A stretch of 63,277 bases of DNA, counting the filler, from Octopus bimaculoides (lineage: Eukaryota): NCBI RefSeq assembly GCF_001194135.2. It is 7 parts of 6 records of this genome, joined end to end, with 100 filler letters (N's around TTAATTAATTAA, not from the genome) between each part and the next. Parts side by side here need not be neighbours in the genome. Positions count along the whole stretch, not along the records: positions 41,924 to 54,979 come from NC_069009.1; positions 55,080 to 57,066 come from NW_026330354.1; positions 57,167 to 59,310 come from NC_068983.1; positions 59,411 to 61,527 come from NW_026295447.1; positions 61,628 to 63,277 come from NC_068992.1; 2 more parts are not named here. One strand, 5' to 3'. The position numbers were made by a program, and so were the translations under genes. Numbering within the stretch: the stretch's first letter is position 1; each line of letters opens with the position of its first letter. This document shows positions 48,942 through 62,311 of this stretch, piece by piece. Under the pieces are notes generated by a model. The model saw only the letters and a list, made by a program, of their open reading frames with translations, was not told where the DNA came from and ran no database searches.

Positions 48942-51900
48942 TGTGGGGATGAGATGAACTGGAAGGAAAGGGCGTCAATGGTCAAGGGGCCCCACTGGAA
49001 CAGGAAGGGGGAGAGAGGAAGTGAGGGAAGTAAGACCGGGGTCATGCTCTTTCAGCCTGGAGCAATCATGGTGAATGGACGCGAGTGGAGCTGCTAACAT
49101 TAGGTGAGACAAGTAGAGCACATGTTTGGACTTAACACAGCTGGAAAGCCAACACCAAGAGGTAGGTGAACCATATTTTATTCCCCGCTTTACAGTTCTC
49201 TCGTACCACAAGTTATTTTGGCTCTCATATATAAATATTTTTTTTTTTCATTGTTGTAATCCCTTTCCACAAGATAGCAGTAAAGATAAGAATTGACAGT
49301 GATGCCACCAGACTTTTCTGTAGTGAAGGAGATGTAATTGACTGGATCCGTAAGATCAAGGTGGTGGTCAGGCTACAAAGCATCGATGATGTAGCAGGTC
49401 CCATGGCTCTGTACCTGTAAGTAAGCGTGTTGGTGCTGCACCTCAAGATGGATGAGGAAGACCAACTGAACATGGTGAGGGTTGAGCAACGCTTGAGGGA
49501 AGCCTATTGAGGGAATGTACACTGCATTTGCTAAGGTGAGAACTGTCAGGTGAACAGAGGAACAGGTCGAGGAGATATGCCACAGAGGTTTGGAGACTGG
49601 TCATTCCATCTGGTTTTACCAGAGAGGGTCTAGAGTAGGCAGCACAACTGGCCTTCGTAAATGGCTTTCCCGACAAGATATCAGTGCAACTGCAACAACT
49701 GGCAGCAGCGAGAAAACTGCCGTGGAGTGACAGCAACCATTCATGGGCTGGTACTTCAAGTGCCAGGGACTGCATATATCAAAGGATTGTGTAGAGACAA
49801 AGCCTGAACCTGTTTGCTACCAGTGCAGGCAGACTAGGCATATCACTTGAAACTGCAGCCAGGAAAAAGGCCACGGGGAAGTTGCTGCCTCTCAAACTTA
49901 CCCATGGCCAAGTAGAGGTGCTCATGCAGTAACTGCCTGCAGTTGAAGTCTTGATTGTGGGAAAGGCGTTCAAAACCCTTATGGATATGGGCTGCACGAC
50001 ATTTCTTGTGACTTCAAGAGTGACAAAAATTGGAAGGGGACAAATAGTGATTGGGCAGTTGACAACAGCAAAATTGGATGTAAGTGTAGCAGTGACATGG
50101 AGATAGCAGTGTGGGGAACAACACTGAGGCTGCTGGCAATTGTGATCAACCATGTGGTAGACGGAATTGACATGGTGATGGGCATGGCACCGATCAACTG
50201 CCTTGGAGATGTCAGTGTCGGTGGAGATGTGGTTTCATTTGGTGGTGCATGGGTATCATGCATTGTGAATCTGCAACATGAGAGGGGGCAGAGCTCAGTG
50301 AGAGATTGTACTGCTTACACCATTGAGGACAAAGATTTCTGGGTGGTGTTTGACAATCAGTAGTGGAGGGCAGAGTAGCACTGGAAAGGGGAGCCCCCAA
50401 TGCTGAAGAACAGGCTGAGCTGCTACCAGCATACCTTGAAGGGACATGCCAGGAGTGAGTTTGAAGGAGAGGTAGAGAGGTGAATTAAGGAGGGTATCCT
50501 TATCCTGTGGAAGGAGGCGTTGATGAGCGGAGTGCTACTAGTAATGGCAGCAGTGCAGTCAACAAAGAGCAAAGTCAGGCTGGTACTGGACTTTCAAGAG
50601 ATGAATGGCCATGTATCATGCCACATGGGCAGCGAGGTGACTGATGACTGTGGCATGACACTGCATGAATGGAGACATGATGAGGGTAGAAATAATTGTC
50701 AACTTGAAGTTGGCATATCTCTAACTCTACGTGAGTGAGAAACAGTGGCAGTACCAGCTGGTGTGACATAAGGGCCAGACATACTGTTTAACTAGGCTGG
50801 AATTTGGGCTAAATTCTGTGCTGAAGATCATGGTGACAGTGCTCAAATCTATCCTGGGAAAGGCGGACAAGATAAAAAAAGGCCACCAATTCCTATATAG
50901 ACGCCATCTTGGTAGATGAGACTGTAATGTCTGCCGCAGAAGTCGTAAGTCATCTGAAGAAGTTCAGGCTGACTGCAATGCCACATGAGCCAATGGTTGG
51001 AGGAGCTGCACTGCAGCTCAAGCTTCAAAGAGATAGAACACATGTATTGGTGTTTCGGAGGGGGGAATGAGATCACAGAACTGGGTACCAGCATCAACAG
51101 GAGAGAACTATTCTCACTGTGTGGAAGACTAGTGGGTCACTACCCAATTGCAGGGCGGCTACAAACAGCAGGCGGCTACGTCAAGAAATGAGCAGAAAGG
51201 GCAAAAGTGGGAGAGGGGACAGTAACAATGATGCGGCAGATCGTGGAGAGGTCAAGAGCAGAAGACTCTGTACGAGGAATCAGGTACATGCCCAAATCGG
51301 AGAATGGGACCAGATGGTGTGATGCTAGCAGCATAGCGATAGAGGTTGTACTGGTAATTGGAGGCATCAAAGTGAAGGATGTAACCTGGCTTTGCAAAGC
51401 AGATGATTACAACCAAATCAATGTGGCTGAGTTGGACGCAGTACATTCCGGTACAATATGTCACCCTGATCAGGACAGGGAAGAGTCCATGCCACACAAA
51501 GGGATATTCAGATATGAATGGTGGCATCCGAATAAACCATCAAAATGCCTGCAGAAGAGAGAGGGCCTGCCTTCATGCAGGTAAGGGATGAAGTCTAGGT
51601 CGAGCCCTGAAGGCATGCTGCACATCTCAGTGGAAAAGAGGAACAGTGACGGCTTTTAATTCCAAAAATAACGTTTCTGTGGATGGAATGCCGCATTACA
51701 TCTTAGATGTTCACAGAATTGTTGCTTCATTGGACGACGAAAGTGGAGGAGAGGCAGGTGGGGATCACAGCACATGAGGCATCCACCTGGGTGGATGGCA
51801 GATTTTGACAAAGAGTGAAGTAAGGAGGTGATCTTTGAGATCAGTGGGGCATGTGGGGATGAGATGAACCAGAAGGAAAGGGCTGTGACATCAACAGACA

Positions 51901-52038
51901 AGGGACCCCACTGGAACATGAAGCGGGAAAGAGGAAGTGAGGGAAGCAGGTCCAGGGTCATGCTCTTTCAGCCTGGGGCAGTTGTGATGAATGGATGCAA
52001 GTGGAGTGAGCTAGCAGGCATTGGTAGTAACAGCTGCT
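48942..52038 (+). mobile_element. Decayed Ty3/Gypsy-like LTR retrotransposon with two LTRs; most of the integrase is missing
   Basis: 5' LTR TGTGG...CCACA (48942-49210); homologous 3' LTR from 51852 after a purine tract. Remnants of gag, Zn knuckle (FKCQG..HISKDC), protease (LMDMGC), RT (VRLVLDF, FGLNS, YIDAI) and RNase H (WCDASS...NVAELDAV), with many stops and frameshifts. Confidence 0.85.
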
Positions 52039-52604
52039 ANNNNNNNNNNNNNNNNNNNNNNNNNNNNNNNNNNNNNNNNNNNNNNNNNNNNNNNNNNNNN
52101 NNNNNNNNNNNNNNNNNNNNNNNNNNNNNNNNNNNNNNNNNNNNNNNNNNNNNNNNNNNNNNNNNNNNNNNNNNNNNNNNNNNNNNNNNNNNNNNNNNNN
52201 NNNNNNNNNNNNNNNNNNNNNNNNNNNNNNNNNNNNNNNNNNNNNNNNNNNNNNNNNNNNNNNNNNNNNNNNNNNNNNNNNNNNNNNNNNNNNNNNNNNN
52301 NNNNNNNNNNNNNNNNNNNNNNNNNNNNNNNNNNNNNNNNNNNNNNNNNNNNNNNNNNNNNNNNNNNNNNNNNNNNNNNNNNNNNNNNNNNNNNNNNNNN
52401 NNNNNNNNNNNNNNNNNNNNNNNNNNNNNNNNNNNNNNNNNNNNNNNNNNNNNNNNNNNNNNNNNNNNNNNNNNNNNNNNNNNNNNNNNNNNNNNNNNNN
52501 NNNNNNNNNNNNNNNNNNNNNNNNNNNNNNNNNNNNNNNNNNNNNNNNNNNNNNNNNNNNNNNNNNNNNNNNNNNNNNNNTATATATATATATATATATA
52601 TATA

Positions 52605-52935
52605 TCATCATCATCATCGTTTAACGTCCGCTTTCCATGCTAGCATGGGTTGGACGATTTGACTGAGGACTGGTGAAACCGGATGGCAACACCAGGCTCT
52701 AATCTAAATTTGGCAGAGTTTCTACAGCTGGATGCCCTTCCTAACGCCAACCACTCAGAGAGTGTAGTAGGTGCTTTTACGTGTCACCTGCACGAAGGCC
52801 AGTCAGGCGATACTGGCAACGGCCACACTCAAAATGGTGTCTTTTATGTGCCACCCGCACAAGCCAGTCCAGGGGCACTGGCAACGATCTCGCTCGAAAA
52901 TCCTACGGAAGCCAGTCAGGCGGTACTGGCAACAC
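52605..52935 (-). mobile_element. RTE 3'UTR fragment
   Basis: Same family. Confidence 0.8.
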
Positions 52936-53061
52936 AAATTTGTCTTCATATTTCATATTGCTTTCGAATACAATGTTGTTTACGTTTTGTGACGTCTTGT
53001 ACCCATATATGCATAAAAATATACATATATATGCATGTATGTACATATATGTATGTATATA

Positions 53062-53135
<74 letters not shown>

Positions 53136-53267
53136 AACACACATACATATATAATATAAATATATATACACAGTATATTGGATAGATACTATCCCTTAGT
53201 GGGTTGAATCCTCAACCCCTAACTCTCTCACAGTATATATGTTTATGTATACATTAATATATACATG

Positions 53268-53645
53268 TGGAGGCACAATGGCCTAGTGGTTAGGGCAGCG
53301 GACTCGCGGTCGTAGGATCACGGTTTCGATTCCCAGACCAAGTGTTGTGAGTGTTTATTGAGTAGAAACACCTAAAGCTCCACGAGGCTCCGGCAGGGGT
53401 TTGGTGGCGAAACCTGGTGTATTCTTTCACCACAACTTTCTCTCACTTTTTCTTCCTGTTTCTGTCGTACCTGTATTTCAAAGGGCCAGTCTTGTCACAC
53501 AGTGTCACACTGAATCTCCTCGAGAACTACGTTAAGGGTACATGTGTCTGTGGAGTGCTCAGCCACTTGCACATTAATTTCATGAGCAAGCTGTTCTGTT
53601 GATTGAATCAACTGGAACCCTCAATGTCGTAACTGATGGAGTACT
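53268..53645 (+). mobile_element. tRNA-derived SINE family D (tRNA-Arg-like head); degenerate minus copy near 55090-55345
   Basis: A box TGGCCTAGTGG and B box GGTTTCGATTCC, followed by a non-tRNA body of about 300 bp. Confidence 0.75.
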
Positions 53646-53746
53646 GTAGAAAAACAAAAGACGAAGTCAGGTGTATGATATATGTATATATATATATATA
53701 TATACATACACATATATATATATACATATATATCTATGTATGTATG

Positions 53747-53839
<93 letters not shown>

Positions 53840-54571
53840 ATATATATATATATGAATAATAATAATAAATGGAGCAAAACGCATATAAATAAAAGTTCCT
53901 TTAATTCCTACACATGTTTCAAAATATATGAGAGGTCTTGTACAAAGAAGTAAGAGCTGCTGGAATTCCTCATATATTCATCTTCAGGGAATCAACATAT
54001 AAAAGCAAGACAAATACGAAATGATGAGGTAACTTACGAGCTAAGATGTTACATGGTCAAGTGACCATAGGAATGTTTGTTTACATAGAGATATAAAGGG
54101 AGGGGGTTGCAAACGTGATGCTAAAGGTTTAAATTAAATGAATGATTGAAATGGGGGGAGGAAGACAAATATGTTACAGTACAGAAAAATTGAAAGAGCG
54201 CGAGCTAATTGCTAAGTCAAAAATGGAGGAAGGGAGAGAACTAAGGGAGTACATCAAATTAAATATATACTATATAAGGAAAACTAATTACATATTTTAT
54301 ATGAAGTGAAGAAAGTGAATAAAAATAAATAAAACATCATAGCCTAGTAATATATTATATTACTATTATACGGATATTAATGTTAGTTAATGGTAAAACA
54401 AGGTACAGGATATTTATTGGAGAAGTAATAATGATAATAATGTACACATTTACAAGAAGATTAGAAATACGTAGTTGAAGTCACCGAAGGCACGAACATC
54501 CTGTGTGGCATTACTAAGAAGAATTTACTGTAGAAGGGGAAAATAAAGCACTAGTAGTGAATGAGGCAGAA

Positions 54572-54603
<32 letters not shown>

Positions 54604-54607
54604 ATAT

Positions 54608-54678
<71 letters not shown>

Positions 54679-57244
54679 CACAGACATATACACACCTACA
54701 CATATACATATGCACACATACGCAAACCTATACATACATTCCTGTATATATACATACATGCACATACACACACACACATATATGTATATATACAGACAGA
54801 CACACACACACACACACACTTACATACACACATATGCATATATATATATATACATATATATGTGTTTTGTTTAAGATTATAAAAATATTAAGATTAATAA
54901 CCTACTGACTTGAAGCGAAGAATGTAAACATGATAAATGAAACACCATTACCCTGTGATATATTAATATACTGATGTTANNNNNNNNNNNNNNNNNNNNN
55001 NNNNNNNNNNNNNNNNNNNNNNNTTAATTAATTAANNNNNNNNNNNNNNNNNNNNNNNNNNNNNNNNNNNNNNNNNNNNCAAGCTGTTTATTGAATTAGC
55101 GTACGTAGAAGCTAAAAATTACACGAGTAAATTGTACCTTAACGTAATTTTTAAGTAGAATCAGCGTGACACAAACGTGATAAGGCTGGACATTTGAATT
55201 AAAGGGAGAGTTTATGTGGCAGTTTAACCTCCACTTAAATTCATTCACGGTACTTGTGTTATCTCGAGATAATATCAAATGCATTTATACTTTACACTAC
55301 GCGTTAGGTTTGAATCCGGTGCCTCATGCTTTGAAATGAACTTTTAAACTACTCAGACATGCATAATTAATACGTGCCCTTGTGGTTAGAGTGTAGGGAT
55401 CATGACTATAAGGTCATGGAGCAGATGTTGTATCCTTTAATAATACTCTACATGTTCCTATTGCAGATAAGGCTGGTGCAATCCCCTCTTACGCTCTCCG
55501 GCATTCACACCAAGGACGTTCTGGTGGACCATAGATGAGAGAACCGAGAGAGTGTCTTCATCAGTATGAAACTACATCGGCACCTGAAAGAATTAGCGCA
55601 GGCGTAATATTTGTTATCAATTCATACTCACTTGCAAATAACGTTTCTGAGTTTACGGATGATCGGATGTGTTTGAAAGGACCCGTATGTTCGATGTATA
55701 TGTATGTGTGTGTATGTATGTATGTATATATACATGAATATAGATATTGACATATATATNNNNNNNNNNNNNNNNNNNNNNNNNNNNNNNNNNNNNNNNN
55801 NNNNNNNNNNNNNNNNNNNNNNNNNNNNNNNNNNNNNNNNNNNNNNNNNNNNNNNNNNNNNNNNNNNNNNNNNNNNNNNNNNNNNNNNNNNNNNNNNNNN
55901 NNNNNNNNNNNNNNNNNNNNNNNNNNNNNNNNNNNNNNNNNNNNNNNNNNNNNNNNNNNNNNNNNNNNNNNNNNNNNNNNNNNNNNNNNNNNNNNNNNNN
56001 NNNNNNNNNNNNNNNNNNNNNNNNNNNNNNNNNNNNNNNNNNNNNNNNNNNNNNNNNNNNNNNNNNNNNNNNNNNNNNNNNNNNNNNNNNNNNNNNNNNN
56101 NNNNNNNNNNNNNNNNNNNNNNNNNNNNNNNNNNNNNNNNNNNNNNNNNNNNNNNNNNNNNNNNNNNNNNNNNNNNNNNNNNNNNNNNNNNNNNNNNNNN
56201 NNNNNNNNNNNNNNNNNNNNNNNNNNNNNNNNNNNNNNNNNNNNNNNNNNNNNNNNNNNNNNNNNNNNNNNNNNNNNNNNNNNNNNNNNNNNNNNNNNNN
56301 NNNNNNNNNNNNNNNNNNNNNNNNNNNNNNNNNNNNNNNNNNNNNNNNNNNNNNNNNNNNNNNNNNNNNNNNNNNNNNNNNNNNNNNNNNNNNNNNNNNN
56401 NNNNNNNNNNNNNNNNNNNNNNNNNNNNNNNNNNNNNNNNNNNNNNNNNNNNNNNGTCGGCCCGAGGTTATACTAGAAGACACTTGCCCAAGTTGTCACG
56501 CATAGGGACTGAATGTGGGACCATGTGGTTGGAAATGAAGCTACTTACCACACAGCCACTCCTGCATATATATATAACGCCTGTGTTAGAATGGGGGTAG
56601 CTGATGAAGGAAAATGTTCTCTATGTGGCCTGTGTGTTTTCTGTACTCTGGTTATTATTAGTTTTTTGTCTACGTTTTGTTTGCAATGTCCTGTACCCAG
56701 ATATGCAACTATATATACAGGTAGACGTAGGTATGCACATACCTGTACGTATATATGCATATACTCATTTATTATTTGTTTTATATATATATATAAAAGG
56801 ATGCTGTTTGCTGACGATATTTCAGCTAGGCTTTGTGCCGACAGACAACAGAGTCCACTCAAAAATAGCTCCAGTCACCTTTGTTATAAGCTGGTACTGT
56901 ACGGAATGAACAAATCAGTACTGTAAGCATTGCAATCTTGAAATTATTTTCAGAATTAAAAAAAATTATGACATATTCTAAAATCCTGTATTATTTGCTA
57001 TTTCTCTTTTCTCTTTCTTTCTCTCTTTGGTATCTCTCATCTGTCTAGATCCTTTTTTAATTTATTNNNNNNNNNNNNNNNNNNNNNNNNNNNNNNNNNN
57101 NNNNNNNNNNTTAATTAATTAANNNNNNNNNNNNNNNNNNNNNNNNNNNNNNNNNNNNNNNNNNNNTATATATATATATAAATATATATATACATATACA
57201 CACATATATATGTGTATATATATATATGTGTGTGTGTGTGTGCG

Positions 57245-57440
57245 TCTGTGTTTGTTCCCCCATCACCACTTGACAACAGATGTTGGTGTGTTTACGTCCC
57301 CGTAACTTAGCGGTTCGGCAACGAGATACCGATAGAATAAGTACTAGGCTTAAGAAATAGGTCCTAGGGTCGATTTATTCGAACAAAGTCCTTGAAGGCG
57401 GTGCTCCAACATGGCCGCAGTCAAATGACTGAAACAAGTA
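57245..57440 (+). mobile_element. SINE family A 3' half (CpG retained)
   Basis: gtttacgtccccgtaacttagcggttcggc...catggccgcagtcaaatgactgaaac. Confidence 0.8.
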
Positions 57441-58324
57441 AAAAAATATGTGTCTGTGTGCGTGTATATATGTATATATACACGTGCGCGTGTGCATACG
57501 TATATATGCGTATGTCTATTGTGTATACAAAAATGTACATACATATACACATGCACGCATATATATATGTTTCTCAGTCAAGCAATCAATATAATCGAAT
57601 ACCCCTTCACCGAAATGTTGTTATCTTGTGTCTTAAGATTTCGATAATCCTAGCAATATCCTTGAGAAAAACATGAACTACACATTTTCTGACACCTTAA
57701 ACCTGGTGTTTGTTCAGGTAAGCAATCGAATAAAATACTTTGATTTGCGATCCTTTGTGTCGTAGTTTTAACCGTTCAATAAAGAAATATCGATAAATTA
57801 ACCGACAGTCAGTGCGCATTAAAAAACGTTCAGGCTGGTGCACTGGCATGGCCGCAGTTCGAATAAAACTGAAACCAATGTAAGAATAATAGAATAAAGG
57901 GATGATTTTCACGAGGATATTCTCTCAACTGCAGTTTAAAACCGTTTATTACAAAACTGAACGACGTAATATTTTCAAAGATGTTTTTTTTTCTTCCTGT
58001 CAGAAATGGTGGAATAGCAAGCAATGTGAATAAATATAAATTCATTTTCTTATCTTGCATGTGAAAAGCTGTGGATATTATTTGCTGTTTACTAAATACG
58101 ATGGCAGTCAGAAGAAACGGGATATTGCAAGACAGCGAAATCGCCGTCACCATTATGGAACGCATATAATAATAATAATAAGTCGACCTCGGCGGAATTT
58201 GAACTTAGAACGTAGCGACGGACGAAATACCTTTAAGCATTTCGTCCAGCGTGCTAACAATTCTGCCAGCTTGTCACCGCCTTAAATGATAATCATAATA
58301 ATAATAAAGATAATAATAATAAAG

Positions 58325-58351
<27 letters not shown>

Positions 58352-58355
<4 letters not shown>

Positions 58356-58878
58356 CTAGCTCAGATACCAGGAAACCCCAAAATGGCTGAAGTTCAAAAG
58401 ATAGTGCTCATGGGAACTGCCCATATCCTACGTAAAATACTGTCTATGTGATTTCAAATTTTAAAACAAACACATAATTGTCTTATGGTTTCTTAAACAT
58501 TCTCTAGAACAACACTATGTACAAATCCAAATATATGGTACCCTAAGCATAACACCTACATGAACTTCTAACTTGTTGTCTCTTGAGGTCTCTGAGTGAG
58601 ACTTGGATCCAACTTGTACAAATGCAAAACAAAAGTCAAACATAAAATGATAATAATAATGATAATAATCAGCGCCTCGTTGCAAAGAAAGCAAAGATGG
58701 GAAGATACGACCAAAGAATGAAGGGTTACCACAAGAATAGGTTATTCAGAGGAGATCAGAAGAGATTCTATAACGAAATAAATGGAGAGTGTACAGATGA
58801 AAAGTTGATACCAGATAACAATGAAAGTCAAAGGTTTTGGAGTGACATCTGGAGCAAAGACAAGGAGCACAAGAAGGA
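58352..58878 (+). mobile_element. Two R4/Dong-like fragments within (TAA)n repeats
   Basis: YLAQIPGNPKMAEVQKIVLMGTAHILRKILSM* plus 3'UTR, then (TAA)n, then pre-RT RYDQRMKGYHKNRLFRGDQKRFYNEING...RFWSDIW. Confidence 0.75.
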
Positions 58879-59310
58879 CAGGTGTGGTCGCTGTTTGTGA
58901 GGCACACTTTCCCGCAGCTCGTCTCCATGACCGAACTGCAGTCATGCATCAAAAAGAGGCCGAGGCTAGGCGAATGGCACCGCGAGTATCGCGTTGCTCT
59001 CAAGCAACTATGCCGTCCTGGATCGACCTTGAACGACTTCAGCACAACCAAAGTATTCTATAGGGGATTAATGGAGGGGAGGTACGGCGACGATCTCGGG
59101 GCGAACCTGGGCGTCGACGAGGAATACCTAACCCGTCTGTTCAAGACAACTTTCGGGCCGGGACCTATGGACAACTTCCAGAGATCCCTGGCCTGGCAGT
59201 GCTATCGAGAAGCGCTACCAGTTCGGGATAAGCTCTATAGGTATAGCTCGAGAAACAAGGGGCCGACCTGCCCGAGATGCGGTCAGAGCGACGAAACCGT
59301 TCTACACGCA
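58879..59310 (+). mobile_element. Tx1/L1-clade LINE C-terminal zinc-finger region
   Basis: DNFQRSLAWQCYREALPVRDKLY...TCPRCGQSDETVLHA (zf-RVT motif); GC-rich. Confidence 0.85.
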
Positions 59311-59410
59311 NNNNNNNNNNNNNNNNNNNNNNNNNNNNNNNNNNNNNNNNNNNNTTAATTAATTAANNNNNNNNNNNNNNNNNNNNNNNNNNNNNNNNNN
59401 NNNNNNNNNN

Positions 59411-61527
59411 CAGCACCCTACGACGCTGTTGGACGGCATGGACTTGCCACTCCAGGTGCCCAGTTGCAAGCCCACTGACTTTTCCGTGTTAATTTTCGCA
59501 CCTGTTACCTCTTCATACTCGTTTAGCGTCTCACCAATCAGGTTGTAGGGAGGTGGTTATACACCATTAGGTGTATCCCAATTCTGTACATTAAATTTCT
59601 TAAGGAAGAGAACGGAACGCAGACTCTAAACTAACAGCACAACAAATATTTTATTACAGTAGAATTCTGCTCACACTAGGAGGGAACTCGGTAGCATGTC
59701 GCCTTTTGGTTTGATGAGACGCCGTCAATGAAGTTGCGTGGTTAGAAGTCATTTTTCTCCTCTCTGGTTATCTATGTGGCTCCATTGTAGAGTTGTCGGA
59801 GAGCTGCTATTGTGACGTCTAGCTTCCATGAAGTTCAGCGAACAAAAAAGATCGAAAGACGCGGGAGCGCTTGGATATTGGATGACTACGCATGCGCATG
59901 AGACTCTTCCTGTATTTCTTCCGGAAGACTAGTCCCTGCGCATGCGTGGATAAACTCTCCAGAATGGCGACTGATATTAGGCGCCACTACAAGGTCAATA
60001 TGCCTGTGGTTCGACACCATCACGGTGATGTCGTCAGCATAAGCAGACACGCTCCTCCCACATCCCAGATCGCGCGGGACACCCCTCAAAGCCTCCAGCT
60101 TCCACAGTAATGGCTTGAGAGTCAACACATACAGAAGGGAGGAGAGAGATGTTGAACGGTTCCGCTAGATGGCCGTTCACCCGTATGACCGAGCAGATGC
60201 CGCTGTATAAAGCAGCTATCCACCCGCGGAAGACCGGACCGAAACCAGCTGCCTTGAGAACAGCTGCCAAGTATCGATGGTCGACCCTATCGAAGGCTTT
60301 AGACTGATCTAAATTGATCAAAGCCCCACCCGCGCCANNNNNNNNNNNNNNNNNNNNNNNNNNNNNNNNNNNNNNNNNNNNNNNNNNNNNNNNNNNNNNN
60401 NNNNNNNNNNNNNNNNNNNNNNNNNNNNNNNNNNNNNNNNNNNNNNNNNNNNNNNNNNNNNNNNNNNNNNNNNNNNNNNNNNNNNNNNNNNNNNNNNNNN
60501 NNNNNNNNNNNNNNNNNNNNNNNNNNNNNNNNNNNNNNNNNNNNNNNNNNNNNNNNNNNNNNNNNNNNNNNNNNNNNNNNNNNNNNNNNNNNNNNNNNNN
60601 NNNNNNNNNNNNNNNNNNNNNNNNNNNNNNNNNNNNNNNNNNNNNNNNNNNNNNNNNNNNNNNNNNNNNNNNNNNNNNNNNNNNNNNNNNNNNNNNNNNN
60701 NNNNNNNNNNNNNNNNNNNNNNNNNNNNNNNNNNNNNNNNNNNNNNNNNNNNNNNNNNNNNNNNNNNNNNNNNNNNNNNNNNNNNNNNNNNNNNNNNNNN
60801 NNNNNNNNNNNNNNNNNNNNNNNNNNNNNNNNNNNNNNNNNNNNNNNNNNNNNNNNNNNNNNNNNNNNNNNNNNNNNNNNNNNNNNNNNNNNNNNNNNNN
60901 NNNNNNNNNNNNNNNNNNNNNNNNNNNNNNNNNNNNNNNNNNNNNNNNNNNNNNNNNNNNNNNNNNNNNNNNNNNNNNNNNNNNNNNNNNNNNNNNNNNN
61001 NNNNNNNNNNNNNNNNNNNNNNNNNNNNNNNNNNNNNNNNNNNNNNNNNNNNNNNNNNNNNNNNNNNNNNNNNNNNNNNNNNNNNNNNNNNNNNNNNNNN
61101 NNNNNNNNNNNNNNNNNNNNNNNNNNNNNNNNNNNNNNNNNNNNNNNNNNNNNNNNNNNNNNNNNNNNNNNNNNNNNNNNNNNNNNNNNNNNNNNNNNNN
61201 NNNNNNNNNNNNNNNNNNNNNNNNNNNNNNTCTACAGCTAGAGCCTTACTAAACCTAATTGATTCTGTTCTAATTGCCCGCTTCAGGGCGAAACACCAGT
61301 TGTTATTGATGATTGCCCCGGTTAAAGCCCTCTTAACTAATAAACTAATCTGGTCTCTGTAGGTTTTGCACGCCGTTAACGACGCATTTAGCTTCCAGTA
61401 ACCGTGACCTTATCTATGGAGCCTATCTAAGTCAACCGTACAGATCACGAATTTGTGGTCTGTGTAGCCGACTATGCTGAATTGTGGACACCCTATGCTA
61501 TCCTTATCCGCTGGCCTACAGAAAACT
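59411..61527 (-). mobile_element. Tx1/L1-clade LINE (APE endonuclease end and RT), interrupted by a solo LTR and a gap
   Basis: 61527-61231: TDHKFV...GYWKLNASL. 60338-59995: LDQSKAFDRVDHRYL...AYADDITV. 59543-59411: LIGETLNEYEEVTGAKINTEKS. The QGCPL motif is deleted. Confidence 0.88.
59544..59991 (-). mobile_element. Solo LTR (448 bp) with 4-bp target-site duplication
   Basis: TGTAG...CTACA termini, AGGT on both flanks (59540-59543, 59992-59995), AATAAA on the minus strand; removing it restores the RT frame HIDL-IGETL. Confidence 0.88.
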
Positions 61528-61648
61528 NNNNNNNNNNNNNNNNNNNNNNNNNNNNNNNNNNNNNNNNNNNNTTAATTAATTAANNNNNNNNNNNNNNNNN
61601 NNNNNNNNNNNNNNNNNNNNNNNNNNNGCACATATATATATATGTATG

Positions 61649-61708
<60 letters not shown>

Positions 61709-61789
61709 CGCACGAAGCTGCCGCCCCTTAGGTTACTCTTGCTTCTGGTAAGTATTAATAAAAGATATATGTATATAAAATAAAACTCT

Positions 61790-62275
61790 AAAGCCATCTT
61801 TAAGTATTCCACAGAAACTGTTGTTGTGCGCTGCAGGGTAGGCCCACTCCTCCCAAAAGATGGTTCCCTCACGAGAAAACTCAGAAGGATAAATGAAACA
61901 CTGAATGAGAAATTCGAAAGTGTTTTCACCTCATCAATACGGCACATGCAAGGCAGCAAACCTGGAGAATTCTTTGCCTCCACAGATGTAAAACATGAGG
62001 TTGTAACAATTGATTACATCAACATCAAAGAAGAGGATGTAATACTGGCCAAAAATGAGATAGACGCAAATTCAGTTGGCGGCCCCGATGAATTCCCAGC
62101 AATCCATCGCTAAGCATTCAAACAAGCCCTTGGGAAACCACTGCAGCTTCTTTTCCTTGCAAATAGTAAACTCCCAGGCAAATTAACGGAGTATATTAAT
62201 ATGCCCTGTCTATAAAGGAGGAAGCAGATGAGATGCTAAAAATCATAGATCTATCTCTCTGTCGTCATATGTCAG
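61790..62275 (+). mobile_element. CR1-like LINE fragment (region before and at the start of RT)
   Basis: LNEKFESVFT...EEDVILAKNEIDANSVGGPDEFPAI...KQALGKPLQLLF, frameshifted. Confidence 0.75.
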
Positions 62276-62311
62276 CAATAAGGCTAAAGGTAACTAGCTG
62301 CATATATATAT

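Noticed and set aside
53268-53340. tRNA gene
   Set aside because: A and B boxes are present, but there is no proper acceptor stem and it continues into a SINE body.
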